From an uncultured Clostridia bacterium (lineage in GTDB: Bacteria > Bacillota > Clostridia > Christensenellales > CAG-314): 64,000 nt of DNA. The notes beneath the pieces were generated by a model. The model saw nothing but the letters and a program-made list of their open reading frames with translations. It searched no databases and was not told where the DNA came from. Numbering within the stretch: position 1 is the first letter of the stretch; every line of letters starts with the position of its first letter. A program made the position numbers and the translations under genes. This document shows positions 8,249 to 18,566 of the stretch, piece after piece. The DNA lies in contig CALVWF010000005.1 in the NCBI GenBank assembly GCA_944364615.1, forward strand, positions 76,311 through 140,310, read 5' to 3'.

Positions 8249-10006
8249 TTACTTTACCTTTTTTAACCTTGCTATTACTATACGGTCGTTTCCGCCGTAA
8301 TCCTTGATGACCTGAGTATCGTATCTTTCGCCCAGTAACTCCGGTACAGTCTGTCCCTGATTGTAACCTATTTCCAGCACCATTACACCGTTGTCAGTAA
8401 GATGCTCGTGTGCCTGTAATGCCAGAATACGGTAAAACCGCAGTCCGTCCTTGCCTCCGTCAAGCGCAAGATGAGGTTCGTATTTTTTGACGGAATCGTC
8501 AAGCGTTTCAATCACGTCGGATTCCACATAGGGCGGATTGCAAATGATGACGTCAAACTTCCCCTTTATTCGCCTGAACATGTCGCTGCGCACAAACTTC
8601 ACCCTTGCCTTGTTGTCATGTGCGTTTTTGCGTGCCACGTCCAATGCTTTTTCGCTGACGTCTGCAAGAGTTACCTTTGCTTTTTTCTGCAAAGCCACGG
8701 TTATTCCCAACACTCCGCTTCCACAGCACAGGTCAAGAACTTTCTGTCCGTCGCGGATTTGTTTCAACGCCTGTTCGCAAACCAGTTCCGTTTCCTGTCG
8801 CGGAATAAGCACATTGTCCGTCAGTTTAAAATTTCTGCCGTAAAACTCGGTGTTTCCCACAACGTACTGCACCGGTTCGCCCTCTTTGCACCGACGGAAC
8901 GCATTGCGCAGTCTTGTCTGCCAGCCGAACGGTATTTTTAAATCATCGTTAAGTTTATCCAACGAAACATTGAGGCAACGGCTCATCATCCAGTCCACGT
9001 CCCTGTCTGCAATTCCGTCGAAACAACCTTCCTGCCGCATTTGTGCCTTTACCTGTCCGAAAGACAGAGGCACGGGGAAATGTTTTTCTTCCACAGTTTC
9101 GTCGGCGTCCATATGCAACACCGTTCTGAATGCGGTGATTGCCACTTCGCACATACCGTCATCGGGCTCACGCGTGGTGAGACGTTGCATCTGTTTGCCC
9201 AACCATTTGAAGGGACGGAAAAGTATAAAATTGCTCCTTGCCAGCAACATCAGAAATTCGTAACTGATGCCGGCAGTCAACGGCAACAACGCCAGTTTTA
9301 TAAGAAACCGTGCCCAGACGATATCCATTACAAAACCTGCGCCACAGGCGTAAAATATCGCTTCCACTCCGTACATCACAACAATGGATATCAGCAATAC
9401 GAACACAATAAAACTTGTACCGCATCTGTCGTGATATCTGCTGCACTTCTGTACGTTTTCCACCGTCAGTGGAAGTTCGTTTTCGTAACAGGAAATGGTC
9501 TTGTGCTCGGCGCCGTGATACATAAACAATCTTCGGATATCTTTTAAAGTGGTTATTATACTCATATATCCGACAAGCACCAGCATTTTGAACACGCCTT
9601 CAAGCAGAGATTTTAGCCAATGGGCGTCGCTGCTGAACAGCATCATTATAAGTGCGGTCAGTTGCGTGGGCACAAACACAAACAGGAATATAGCCAACGC
9701 AACGCCCAGCAAAATGGAAAAGGTCATCATAGCGCCCATGCCCTTGCCGTCGGAAGTGTCTATTTCGTCTTCCACGATTACCTCAGCCGATTTGCCGATT
9801 ATCTTCATTCCCTCTACCATCGACAGCACAAGATTTACCACTCCGCGCAAAAAGGGTACCTTGCGGTACCAAGGCTTCTTTTTACTTAATCTTTTACTGT
9901 CTATACGGATATCGCCGTTTTCGTCGCGCACTGCCAGAGCAATACTGCTTTCGCCACGCATCATAACGCCTTCGAGTACGGCTTGTCCACCGATTTTTGT
10001 CTTCAT
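8249..10006 (-). CDS. prmC: fusion protein: DUF1385 membrane domain + release-factor glutamine N5-methyltransferase (PrmC/HemK)
   Basis: A single uninterrupted 585-aa ORF. Residues 1-300 carry DUF1385 signatures (GGQAVLEGVMMRG, YHGAEHK, RCGTSF, TM helices). Residues 310-585 carry PrmC signatures (VLDLCCGSG SAM-binding loop, catalytic NPPY in ICNPPYV). Confidence 0.85.
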   Translation of the reverse strand: MKTKIGGQAVLEGVMMRGESSIALAVRDENGDIRIDSKRLSKKKPWYRKVPFLRGVVNLVLSMVEGMKIIGKSAEVIVEDEIDTSDGKGMGAMMTFSILLGVALAIFLFVFVPTQLTALIMMLFSSDAHWLKSLLEGVFKMLVLVGYMSIITTLKDIRRLFMYHGAEHKTISCYENELPLTVENVQKCSRYHDRCGTSFIVFVLLISIVVMYGVEAIFYACGAGFVMDIVWARFLIKLALLPLTAGISYEFLMLLARSNFILFRPFKWLGKQMQRLTTREPDDGMCEVAITAFRTVLHMDADETVEEKHFPVPLSFGQVKAQMRQEGCFDGIADRDVDWMMSRCLNVSLDKLNDDLKIPFGWQTRLRNAFRRCKEGEPVQYVVGNTEFYGRNFKLTDNVLIPRQETELVCEQALKQIRDGQKVLDLCCGSGVLGITVALQKKAKVTLADVSEKALDVARKNAHDNKARVKFVRSDMFRRIKGKFDVIICNPPYVESDVIETLDDSVKKYEPHLALDGGKDGLRFYRILALQAHEHLTDNGVMVLEIGYNQGQTVPELLGERYDTQVIKDYGGNDRIVIARLKKVK

Positions 10007-10429
10007 TTTTCTCCTTGTGTGACAATTTCACATTTAATTAATTATAGCAAACTTTTGCAGATTTAACAACTGTTTAGCAGTATCGCACGCTTATTGCGCT
10101 CCTTTAAGTAACTCAATCACATTGCGAAAAACATACGGTCAACTACTGTTGCGCAGCCACGCTACCGACAGTAAAAGAAAACAACCTGTTTAAGTACTTT
10201 GTCGGTCTTTACCGCGACGATAACTTTAAATGCAAAACCTTAAAAGAAGGCCCGAACGAATTTATTTCGAACGGGCTAATAGAATTTTAAACGATTTATA
10301 TCTATGTTTCGGACAAATATGTTCAATATCAGAGCAATTACTGCGCTGTCGCAAACAGTAATGAAAATATTAAACTTGCTTAACGTAAAAAGGTCAAAGG
10401 TAATACTATATCAATTTACGAAAAATCCG

Positions 10430-12097
10430 TCAAGCACTCTGAACGACGCCCCTTTTGTCCGTAACCTCGGGCGGTATTTCCTGACTGTCCGTCAGAGCCT
10501 CGGCAATGTTGAGCATATGGTCGCCTATACGTTCGTAGTCGGCAAGCAGTTCGGAACAGATGACAATGCGCTCGGCTCCGTCTTCCAACTTACTTTCCAC
10601 GTTTATCTGCCGTTTACGCTCTGCTCGTACAGTACTGTCATTGAGTTCCTCGTAACGGCGTATCTTTTCCAGCAATTTTACATCCTTGAAGTTTTCCAAC
10701 TGCAACAACGCATGTTTGCACTGGTCCCGCATTTCGGTAAGAGCCTGACAGGTTTCCTTGCTTAACCGCAAACCTTGTCTGGAAAGCATCACGGCATAAT
10801 CGCCGAAATTTACCGAGTGATCACTGATTCGTTCTATATCGCTGATGGTGGAAAACAATCGGTTGATCTCCTTTATGTCCACGGGAGACTGTTCGACGGT
10901 AAGCAATTTGGCGATTTTTTGCGATATTTCGAAATTGAATCTGTCCACCTTCTCTTCGTTGCGATTGATTTTTTCCACGTCGTCTGTGTTTCCGGTAATC
11001 ACGGCGTCAAACCCCATTGTGACGTTTTCCACCGTAAGATACAGCATCTTTAGCACGTCGTCTCTCAAAGACTGTAACGCCACTGCCGATGAACCGAGAA
11101 TGTGACGGGAATTTGTCGTAACGTCTTCGAACCATTTGTCGGCAACCGTGCGACGTGACGATTTTTTGTCGGGAAGAATCTTTTCCGACAGACGGGCAAG
11201 ATGCTTGCCGAACGGCAGCAGCAACAACGTCGTTGTTACGTTGAACAAAGTGTGTACTCCCGCTATCTGAGCGACGGGATCGGGAATGATGCTCTCGACA
11301 AACCGAGTAAAGGGAAACAGTACGCATATAACGGTAAATACCGTCGTGCCGATAATGTTGAACAGCAGATGAATGACCGTTGCGCGTTTGGCATTTCTGT
11401 TGGCACCGATAGATGCTATAACCGCCGTTATACAAGTGCCGATGTTCTGACCGAAAAGAACGTAAACCGCGCTGTCAAGTCCTATCACTCCCGTCGCGGC
11501 AAGCGTCTGCAAAATGCCCACAGATGCAGATGACGACTGTATCAATGCGGTAAACAAAGCACCCGCAAGTATACCGAGTAACGGGTTGGAAAAACTGGTC
11601 ATTATGTTTATAAAACCCTGATTGTCACGTAAAGGCTCCATAGCCTCGCTCATGATGCCCATTCCTATAAACAGTATACCCAGTCCGGCAATTATACTTC
11701 CGATGTTCTTTACCGTCTTGTTTTTCAAAAAAGTCAGCATTACAATACCGACAAATGCAATCAACGGCGCGATCGTGCCGATGTTCAACGAAATCAACAA
11801 CCCCGTAACGGTGGTACCTATATTGGCACCCATTATAATCCACACTGCCTGTTGCAATGTCATCAGTTGCGAATTTATAAAGCCCACTACCATAACCGTA
11901 GTTGCGGAGGAAGACTGTATTGCCGCCGTAATGCCTGCGCCTACGGCAACGCCCAGAAATCTGTTGGACGTCAGTTTTTCTATCAGCCGTTTCATCTTGC
12001 TTCCCGCAACGGCTTCAAGATTGCTGCTCATCATCTGCATACCGAACAAAAACAAACCCAGTCCGCCAAGCAGCGGCAGTACCATACTTACTAACAT
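10430..12097 (-). CDS. Na+/phosphate cotransporter family protein with C-terminal PhoU-like domains
   Basis: N-terminal repeats typical of Na/Pi-cotransporter II-related proteins (LGGLGLFLFGMQMMS..., IQSSSATTVMVVG, IQSSSASVGIL). The C-terminus has two PhoU-like helical repeats (ERISDH / ERIGDH). I prefer the ATG at 12097 (RBS AAGGGAG 6 nt upstream) over the TTG at 12124. Confidence 0.85.
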   Translation of the reverse strand: MLVSMVLPLLGGLGLFLFGMQMMSSNLEAVAGSKMKRLIEKLTSNRFLGVAVGAGITAAIQSSSATTVMVVGFINSQLMTLQQAVWIIMGANIGTTVTGLLISLNIGTIAPLIAFVGIVMLTFLKNKTVKNIGSIIAGLGILFIGMGIMSEAMEPLRDNQGFINIMTSFSNPLLGILAGALFTALIQSSSASVGILQTLAATGVIGLDSAVYVLFGQNIGTCITAVIASIGANRNAKRATVIHLLFNIIGTTVFTVICVLFPFTRFVESIIPDPVAQIAGVHTLFNVTTTLLLLPFGKHLARLSEKILPDKKSSRRTVADKWFEDVTTNSRHILGSSAVALQSLRDDVLKMLYLTVENVTMGFDAVITGNTDDVEKINRNEEKVDRFNFEISQKIAKLLTVEQSPVDIKEINRLFSTISDIERISDHSVNFGDYAVMLSRQGLRLSKETCQALTEMRDQCKHALLQLENFKDVKLLEKIRRYEELNDSTVRAERKRQINVESKLEDGAERIVICSELLADYERIGDHMLNIAEALTDSQEIPPEVTDKRGVVQSA

Positions 12098-12399
12098 ATT
12101 TTTCTCCCTTATTCGTACATACAAGTACCGTCAGAACATCGGAAACCAACGAAAATATTTTCCGATATTGTTATTATAAATTGTAAAAATTTTGCCGTCA
12201 AATAATAACAACGTCCTCAAATTAATTTAATATACCGTAATTTTATACCCCCAAAAGTTTTTCTAATACCTATAATCGTTGTTGAAACAGCGATATAACA
12301 GAGTGTTTTTGCCCTTTTATAGCAACAAAAACGGTCTTCCGTGTTGCTTATTGAAAACGAAAGACCGTGCGTATAATAAAATATTATGTAGATATAAGT

Positions 12400-13233
12400 T
12401 CACATCGGCTTGACGGAAAAACCTCTCTGCAAAAGCCAAGAAGTAAGCAGATCCGTCCAGACGCTTGCGTCAGGCTGATTCCACTTGCCCGATTCGAAGT
12501 CCTCCGTCTGTCTGCTCGCAATGCTCAGACCGTGACCGCCTTTTTCGAAAATATGCAGTTCGAAGGGCACTTTATTTTCGGCATATGCCTGTGCCATAAG
12601 AATGCTGTTGGAAACGGGAACGGCGTTGTCTTCACAAGTGTGCCATATAAATGCAGGAGAACTGTCTTTGCGGACAGCCTTTTCGAGAGAAAGTTTTCTG
12701 CGCAGTTCGTCATCTTCGCCGCACAGCACATCGAAGGACCCCTTGTGCTGTATGCTGTCGTCCGACGATATTACGGGATAGCACAGTGCGACGGCATCGG
12801 GTATGCATTGAGTCACCCCTTGTTCTTCCGCGTAGCCGAACAGAGTACCTGTCATTCCAGCAAGATGTCCCCCTGCCGAAAATCCCGCTACGCATATATT
12901 GTCGGCAGAAATGTTGAGCATGTCGGCGTTACTGCGCACATAGGATACCGCCATTGCCCCTTCTATCAACGGAACGGGAAACTCGGTATCCACCGAATAG
13001 CGCAAAACAAACGCGTTAAAGCCCTCCTTCAGAAATCTAAGAGCAACCGGTTCCGCCTCGCGCTGAGAGATAAACCGATACCCGCCTCCCGGGAAAATCA
13101 CCATCGCGGGGTGTCTTTTGGGAGCCAATTCCGTAATAGGCTCGGCGATGTAGCAGGTAAGCACACCTCCGTTGCCCTCTCTTTTACGTCCGAAATGTTG
13201 ATAAAGATCTACTTCCGTTATTTTCATAAGCAC
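12400..13233 (-). CDS. alpha/beta-hydrolase (carbohydrate/acetyl esterase-like)
   Basis: 277 aa with the nucleophile elbow GFSAGGH, an FPGGGY oxyanion region and a C-terminal HIFEKGGHG histidine motif. Confidence 0.7.
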   Translation of the reverse strand: MLMKITEVDLYQHFGRKREGNGGVLTCYIAEPITELAPKRHPAMVIFPGGGYRFISQREAEPVALRFLKEGFNAFVLRYSVDTEFPVPLIEGAMAVSYVRSNADMLNISADNICVAGFSAGGHLAGMTGTLFGYAEEQGVTQCIPDAVALCYPVISSDDSIQHKGSFDVLCGEDDELRRKLSLEKAVRKDSSPAFIWHTCEDNAVPVSNSILMAQAYAENKVPFELHIFEKGGHGLSIASRQTEDFESGKWNQPDASVWTDLLTSWLLQRGFSVKPM

Positions 13234-13237
13234 CTCT

Positions 13238-14344
13238 TTAAACTATACAGATGATAATATACAGTAAAATATTGGCAAAAAGGAAAATCACATTGACCGC
13301 AGTAAAGATAAATAGGTAACGTCCCTTGCTTATTTCGGCGTCGTTAATCGCATTGAAGGAAATAATGCTTGCCATAGACGCTATCAGCGTACCGAGCCCG
13401 CCGAGATTGACCGCTGTAACCAAAGCGGCGGCGTCGGACGTAAAACCAGACAGCAACACTGCGGACGGAACATTGGAAAACACCTGACTTGCCAGTATTC
13501 CCACCAGAATCTCGTTGCCCTGCACCACCGACTTCAAGTAATTGCTTATAACGTCGATGTGTCCGAGATTTCCTATAAACACAAACAGACACACAAAGGT
13601 TAAAAGCAGCGAGTAATCTATCTTGGTAAGAGTGTGTCTGTCCGTCAGAGCGGTAACGATCAGTGCCGCCGCAAAAGCCCACACGACGTTGAGCACTCTT
13701 GCCACACTAAGCAGCACCACTACGAACAACACGACGTAAATAACTACCTTTACCTTGTTTCCCTGCGGCATTTCCATTGCCGGCAATCGCATTTGCATCG
13801 GATGAACAAACAGCACGGAAGCCACAAGCAAAACCAACGACAGTGCGGCATAAGGCAAAACCGCCTGAAGAAACTCCGGCAACCGCATATCGTAAAAATT
13901 GTACAGATACAGGTTCTGAGGATTGCCTATTGGCGTTGCCATACTGCCGAGGTTGGCGGAAACCGTTTCCAGCACTACCACCGTCAGAATGTTACCGCCA
14001 CAATTGCACAGTCGGAACGTCAATATTGTAAAGGGAACAAAAGTTATAAGCGCAACATCGTTGGTGATAAACATCGATGTGAAAAAGCACAAAAGAATGA
14101 GCGTCAATGACACGCTGCGCGTTCCGCCTGTTTTTCTGACAAGAAGAGAAGCAAGGCGGTGAAAGACACCCTGCCCGTTAAGCCCTGCCACTACGCACAT
14201 CAGACAAAACAGCAAAGCCAGCGTGCGGAAATCTATATAGTCGATATATGCCTGCGAAGGAGCGACAAAAAACATGGAAACAACCGCCAATACAAAGGAT
14301 ACCGCAAGCACAATATTACGTTTTAAAAATTTTACTACTGACAT
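13238..14344 (-). CDS. ArsB/NhaD (CitMHS/SLC13-like) superfamily anion permease
   Basis: About 368 aa, fully hydrophobic with roughly 10-12 TM helices. The GNPQNL motif is typical of this permease superfamily. The start is ambiguous (ATG 14344 or GTG 14386). Confidence 0.6.
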   Translation of the reverse strand: MSVVKFLKRNIVLAVSFVLAVVSMFFVAPSQAYIDYIDFRTLALLFCLMCVVAGLNGQGVFHRLASLLVRKTGGTRSVSLTLILLCFFTSMFITNDVALITFVPFTILTFRLCNCGGNILTVVVLETVSANLGSMATPIGNPQNLYLYNFYDMRLPEFLQAVLPYAALSLVLLVASVLFVHPMQMRLPAMEMPQGNKVKVVIYVVLFVVVLLSVARVLNVVWAFAAALIVTALTDRHTLTKIDYSLLLTFVCLFVFIGNLGHIDVISNYLKSVVQGNEILVGILASQVFSNVPSAVLLSGFTSDAAALVTAVNLGGLGTLIASMASIISFNAINDAEISKGRYLFIFTAVNVIFLFANILLYIIICIV

Positions 14345-14472
14345 AACAAGTCTTCTACCGTTTTTCAAGCAGATAAATAATAGCACAACATTAAAAAATA
14401 TACAAACGCTGGCAGCATATTTGTCAACTTAATGCCGTCAATTCACCTGAATTTTTACGTGTTTTTCACCTG

Positions 14473-14520
14473 TTGACAAAAATCACAATCTGTTTCATAA
14501 TATAGTTGCACACGCAACTA
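14473..14520 (+). promoter_or_regulatory. promoter plus palindromic operator candidate for the MarR-ABC operon
   Basis: TTGACA (14473-78), a 17-nt spacer, then CATAAT (14496-501). It is immediately followed by the perfect inverted repeat TAGTTGC-acac-GCAACTA (14503-14520), a typical MarR-type box position. Confidence 0.6.
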
Positions 14521-14542
14521 ATTGTTACGGGGGAGAATAAAA

Positions 14543-14992
14543 ATGGCTACGATGATGAAAAACATCGCTCAGATATGGCGTTGCGCAAATCTTTACCGCG
14601 CAGAAGCCTACGGCGAAGAGGGAATAGGAAGTTTCAGAGACGGTTACCTTATAAACATCTGCCGTAATCCCGGCATAACTCAGGATAAACTGGCGTCGTT
14701 GCTGTACGTTCACAAAAGCAATGTGGCCCGCCAACTGTGCTGGTTGGAAAGCAACGGATTTGTAACACGCAAAGCGGACGACAAAGACAAGAGAAACACT
14801 CTTGTTTTTCCCACTCAAAAAGCCTACGATTATCTTCCGTCTATAAGGGAGGTTCACTCCAGATGGGAACAGCAACTGTGCAAAGGATTTGACGCCGAAC
14901 AACTGCTTCTGTTGCAATCTTTTCTGGAACGCATGGCGGAAAACGCACGCAATTTGGTTACAAAGGAGAACGCTGATGACGAAAAGTCTTAA
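14543..14992 (+). CDS. MarR-family transcriptional regulator
   Basis: 149 aa. Winged-helix core ITQDKLASLLYVHKSNVARQLCWLESNGFVTRKADDKDKRNTLVFPT. RBS GGGGGAG lies upstream of the ATG at 14543. Confidence 0.85.
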   Translation: MATMMKNIAQIWRCANLYRAEAYGEEGIGSFRDGYLINICRNPGITQDKLASLLYVHKSNVARQLCWLESNGFVTRKADDKDKRNTLVFPTQKAYDYLPSIREVHSRWEQQLCKGFDAEQLLLLQSFLERMAENARNLVTKENADDEKS

Positions 14993-16691
14993 AACTTACC
15001 TTGCAAAACACAAAAAACGTCTTGCGTGGGGACTTTCCGTCAAGGTGTTGTCCACTATTGCCGAACTTCTGCTTCCGCTTGTAATGGCTCATCTTATAGA
15101 CAACATCGCCCCGTTAAAGGACTACGTGCTTGTTTTGCTGTGGGGATCGGTAATGCTGTTGTTTGCGGTTATAGCCTGGATAGGAAATGTAGTGGCAAAC
15201 CGTTCCGCATCCAAAGTAGCCCGTGACGTAACGGAAAACCTGAGAAACGATTTGTTTGAAAGCACATTGAAACTTTCCGCTTCACAGCAGGACAGGGTAA
15301 CTGTTCCTTCGCTTGTTTCAAGACTGTCTTCAGACACCTACAACGTGCACAACATGATAGGAATGATGCAAAGACTGGGCGTTCGTGCACCGCTTTTGCT
15401 CATTGGCGGTGTTGCGCTGACCTTTACGGTAGAGCCTGTGCTGGCATGCGTTTTGCTTGCCGTCGTTCCATTGCTTACACTGATAGTCATTTTCATTTCG
15501 TCACGCGGAGTAAGGCTGTACACCGCTTTGCAGAAAAGCACCGACGGTATGGTCAGAAAGGTAAGAGACGATTACACTCTCATAAGAGTAATAAAAGCAC
15601 TGTCGCGAACGGAACACGAAAACCGTCAGTTCGACATTATAAACAAAGACGTTGTGAAACACGAACAGCGTGCAGGCATGGTAATGGGAGCAAGCAATCC
15701 GCTGCTGTCAATGTTTCTTTACCTCGGAATGACGGCGACTGTACTGATAGGAGCGTACCGTGTAAACGCAGGGCATGCTCTTCCCGGAGCGATAATAGCC
15801 TTTACTTCCTATTTTACGGTAATACTAAACGCCGTTATTTCGGTAAGCCGAATTTTTGTAAATCTCACAAAGGGAACTGCTTCGGCTAAACGTATTTGCG
15901 AAATTTTAAACAGCGCCAGCCCCCTTACGGTACTGCCCGCGCAGGAGGCAGAGCAAAATTGTCTGTGCAGATTTGACAACGTCACATTTTCTTACAACGG
16001 AAATCCGGCGATAAAAAATCTGTCTTTTACTCTGGAAAGAGGACAGTCTCTCGGTATCATAGGAGCGACGGGAAGCGGCAAAAGTACGGTGGTAGCACTG
16101 TTGCTCAGGCTGTACGATCCCGACAGCGGTAACATTTACATAGACGGCAAAGACATACGCAGTTACACGCCCAAACAGTTGCGCAGCAGAATAGGCGTAG
16201 TATTGCAAAACGACTTTCTTGCCACGGTAAGCGTTGCGGACAACATACGTTTCAAACGCGACATATCCGACGACGAAATAGTACAGTCGGCGAAATACGC
16301 AGGCGCTCACGATTTCATAACGGCAAAAGAACAGGGTTACGACACCATGCTTACCTCAAAAGGCGCAAATTTCAGCGGAGGACAGAAACAGCGCATCCTG
16401 ATAGCGCGTGCGCTGGCAGGAGATCCCGAAATGCTGATATTGGACGATTCGTCCAGCGCGCTGGATTACCGCACCGACGCACAGTTGCGCCGTACGCTGC
16501 TTGACAACTTTCCCGACACCGCAATTGTAATGGTGGCGCAACGTATCAGTTCCATTCGGTTTGCCGACAAAATACTTGTAATGAAAGAAGGCAGATCCGT
16601 AGGTTTCGGAACGGACAGTCAACTTATGCAGCAATGTCCCGAATACCGAGAAATATATCTTTCTCAGACAGAGTCGGGAGGTGAACAATGA
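14976..16691 (+). CDS. ABC exporter, fused permease/ATPase subunit (heterodimer partner 1)
   Basis: Six-TM exporter domain plus an NBD with Walker A GATGSGKST, signature FSGGQKQR and Walker B LILDDS. The ATG at 14976 has RBS AAGGAG and overlaps the MarR stop. Confidence 0.9.
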   Translation: MTKSLKTYLAKHKKRLAWGLSVKVLSTIAELLLPLVMAHLIDNIAPLKDYVLVLLWGSVMLLFAVIAWIGNVVANRSASKVARDVTENLRNDLFESTLKLSASQQDRVTVPSLVSRLSSDTYNVHNMIGMMQRLGVRAPLLLIGGVALTFTVEPVLACVLLAVVPLLTLIVIFISSRGVRLYTALQKSTDGMVRKVRDDYTLIRVIKALSRTEHENRQFDIINKDVVKHEQRAGMVMGASNPLLSMFLYLGMTATVLIGAYRVNAGHALPGAIIAFTSYFTVILNAVISVSRIFVNLTKGTASAKRICEILNSASPLTVLPAQEAEQNCLCRFDNVTFSYNGNPAIKNLSFTLERGQSLGIIGATGSGKSTVVALLLRLYDPDSGNIYIDGKDIRSYTPKQLRSRIGVVLQNDFLATVSVADNIRFKRDISDDEIVQSAKYAGAHDFITAKEQGYDTMLTSKGANFSGGQKQRILIARALAGDPEMLILDDSSSALDYRTDAQLRRTLLDNFPDTAIVMVAQRISSIRFADKILVMKEGRSVGFGTDSQLMQQCPEYREIYLSQTESGGEQ

Positions 16692-18439
16692 AAACTGCCG
16701 ATAAATCACGTCGTAAAGCAGTATTCATACGACTGCTGAAATATTTTCTTCGGTACAAATTTCTGGTACTGCTGGCTCTTCTGCTGATGCTTGCAAGCAA
16801 CGTTTTCGCTCTTTTAGGACCTTATCTTACCGGTGAGGCAATAAACGCCATAGCGGCCGAAAACGGAGTCGATTTCCCGAAAGTTTTTATGTACTGCTCT
16901 CTTATGGCGATATTCTACGTTGCTTCTTCCGCATTGTCATACCTGTTGTCGGTAATCATGATACGTCTCAGTCAGCGTATCATTTACAACATGCGCAAAG
17001 ACGTGTTCAACAAAATACTTACGTTGCCCGTAGGCTATCTCGATAAAGTTCAGGCGGGAGATCTGATAAACCGCATATCCTACGACATCGACACGATAAA
17101 CGCATCGCTGTCCAACGATATTTTGCAGGCACTGACGGGAATAGTCACCATTACAGGCGCGTTTATAGGAATGGTAATGATTTCTCCTCCGCTGTTGCTG
17201 GTGTTTATAGTTACCGTACCCCTTTCGGTAATAATCACCGTCAAACGCAGCAAATCCGTTCGTCCGCTGTTTCGCAACCGCTCGGCAAAACTTGCCGAAC
17301 TGAACGGTTTTTCGGAAGAAATGCTGTCGGGACTAAAAACAATCACCGCTTACAACAGAGAAAATGAAATCTGCCGCGAGTTCAGCCTGAAAAACACCGA
17401 GGCTGTGGATTCTTATTATAAAGCCGACTACTACGGCAGTCTGATAGGTCCTTCGGTAAACTTCGTCAACAACCTTGCAACCGTTCTTATAAGTACTGCG
17501 GGAGCAATAATGTATCTGTTCGGAATGATACTTATCGGTGACATATCGTCGTTTTTGCTTTACGCGCGCAAGTTTTCGGGGCCTATAAACGAATACGCCA
17601 ACATAATGGGAGAAATACAGTCCGCATTGGCAGCCGCTGAACGCGTGTTCCGTCTGTTGGACGCTCAACCCGAACCGCCCGACAAACCGGACGCGGTACA
17701 ACTTACACAACCCAAAGGGGACATTTCTTTCAACCACGTCAGATTCGGTTACGACAAAGATGTTCCCGTAATTAAAGATCTGTCATTTTCCGTTAAAAGC
17801 GGTCAGACGGTGGCAATCGTAGGCCCTACGGGAGCAGGCAAAACCACTATTGTCAACCTGCTGATGCGTTTTTACGACATAGACGACGGTGAAATAACAC
17901 TCGACGGCAAAGACATACGCGACTACACAAGACAAAGTCTGCGTGCGGCGTTCACAATGGTATTGCAGGATACGTGGCTGTTTGAAGGCACCATATTCGA
18001 CAACATTGCCTACGGCAAACAGGACGCAACGGAAGAAGAAGTCAGAAATGCGGCACGTCGGGCGCACATCGACAGTTTCATCGAATCGCTGCCGCTGTCC
18101 TACCGCACACCCGTAACGGACGGCGGAGTAAACCTGTCCAAAGGACAAAAACAACTGATAACACTTGCGAGAGCAATGCTGTCCACCGCTCATCTGCTGA
18201 TATTGGACGAGGCAACGTCAAATGTCGACACGCAGACGGAAAAGTACATACACGAAGCAATGACGGCGTTGATGCACGACAAAACCTGTTTCGTAATCGC
18301 TCACAGATTGTCCACGATACGCAATGCTGACATTATTCTGGTAATAAAAGACGGGGATATTGCGGAAAAGGGAACGCACGATTCACTGATGCAAAAGAAC
18401 GGCGTTTATGCGGAAATTTACAGAGCACAGTTCGAGTAA
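16688..18439 (+). CDS. ABC exporter, fused permease/ATPase subunit (heterodimer partner 2)
   Basis: TMD plus NBD with Walker A GPTGAGKTT, signature LSKGQKQL and Walker B LILDEATS. A 4-nt ATGA overlap with the upstream subunit suggests translational coupling. Confidence 0.9.
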   Translation: MKTADKSRRKAVFIRLLKYFLRYKFLVLLALLLMLASNVFALLGPYLTGEAINAIAAENGVDFPKVFMYCSLMAIFYVASSALSYLLSVIMIRLSQRIIYNMRKDVFNKILTLPVGYLDKVQAGDLINRISYDIDTINASLSNDILQALTGIVTITGAFIGMVMISPPLLLVFIVTVPLSVIITVKRSKSVRPLFRNRSAKLAELNGFSEEMLSGLKTITAYNRENEICREFSLKNTEAVDSYYKADYYGSLIGPSVNFVNNLATVLISTAGAIMYLFGMILIGDISSFLLYARKFSGPINEYANIMGEIQSALAAAERVFRLLDAQPEPPDKPDAVQLTQPKGDISFNHVRFGYDKDVPVIKDLSFSVKSGQTVAIVGPTGAGKTTIVNLLMRFYDIDDGEITLDGKDIRDYTRQSLRAAFTMVLQDTWLFEGTIFDNIAYGKQDATEEEVRNAARRAHIDSFIESLPLSYRTPVTDGGVNLSKGQKQLITLARAMLSTAHLLILDEATSNVDTQTEKYIHEAMTALMHDKTCFVIAHRLSTIRNADIILVIKDGDIAEKGTHDSLMQKNGVYAEIYRAQFE

Positions 18440-18481
18440 TGCAAACAGTAATGTCAGGTCTTTTACCTACGTTGGCAAAAT

Positions 18482-18529
18482 AAAAACAGCGATACGTTAC
18501 CGTAAACGGAAAACGTATCGCTGTTTTTT
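18482..18529. terminator. bidirectional rho-independent terminator
   Basis: A 13-bp perfect stem acagcgatacgtt / aacgtatcgctgt, flanked by an A-run on the left and a T-run on the right. It lies between convergent genes. Confidence 0.8.
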
Positions 18530-18566
18530 AATTATTCAATAAAATTTATCTCTGTAGGTATTTTCC

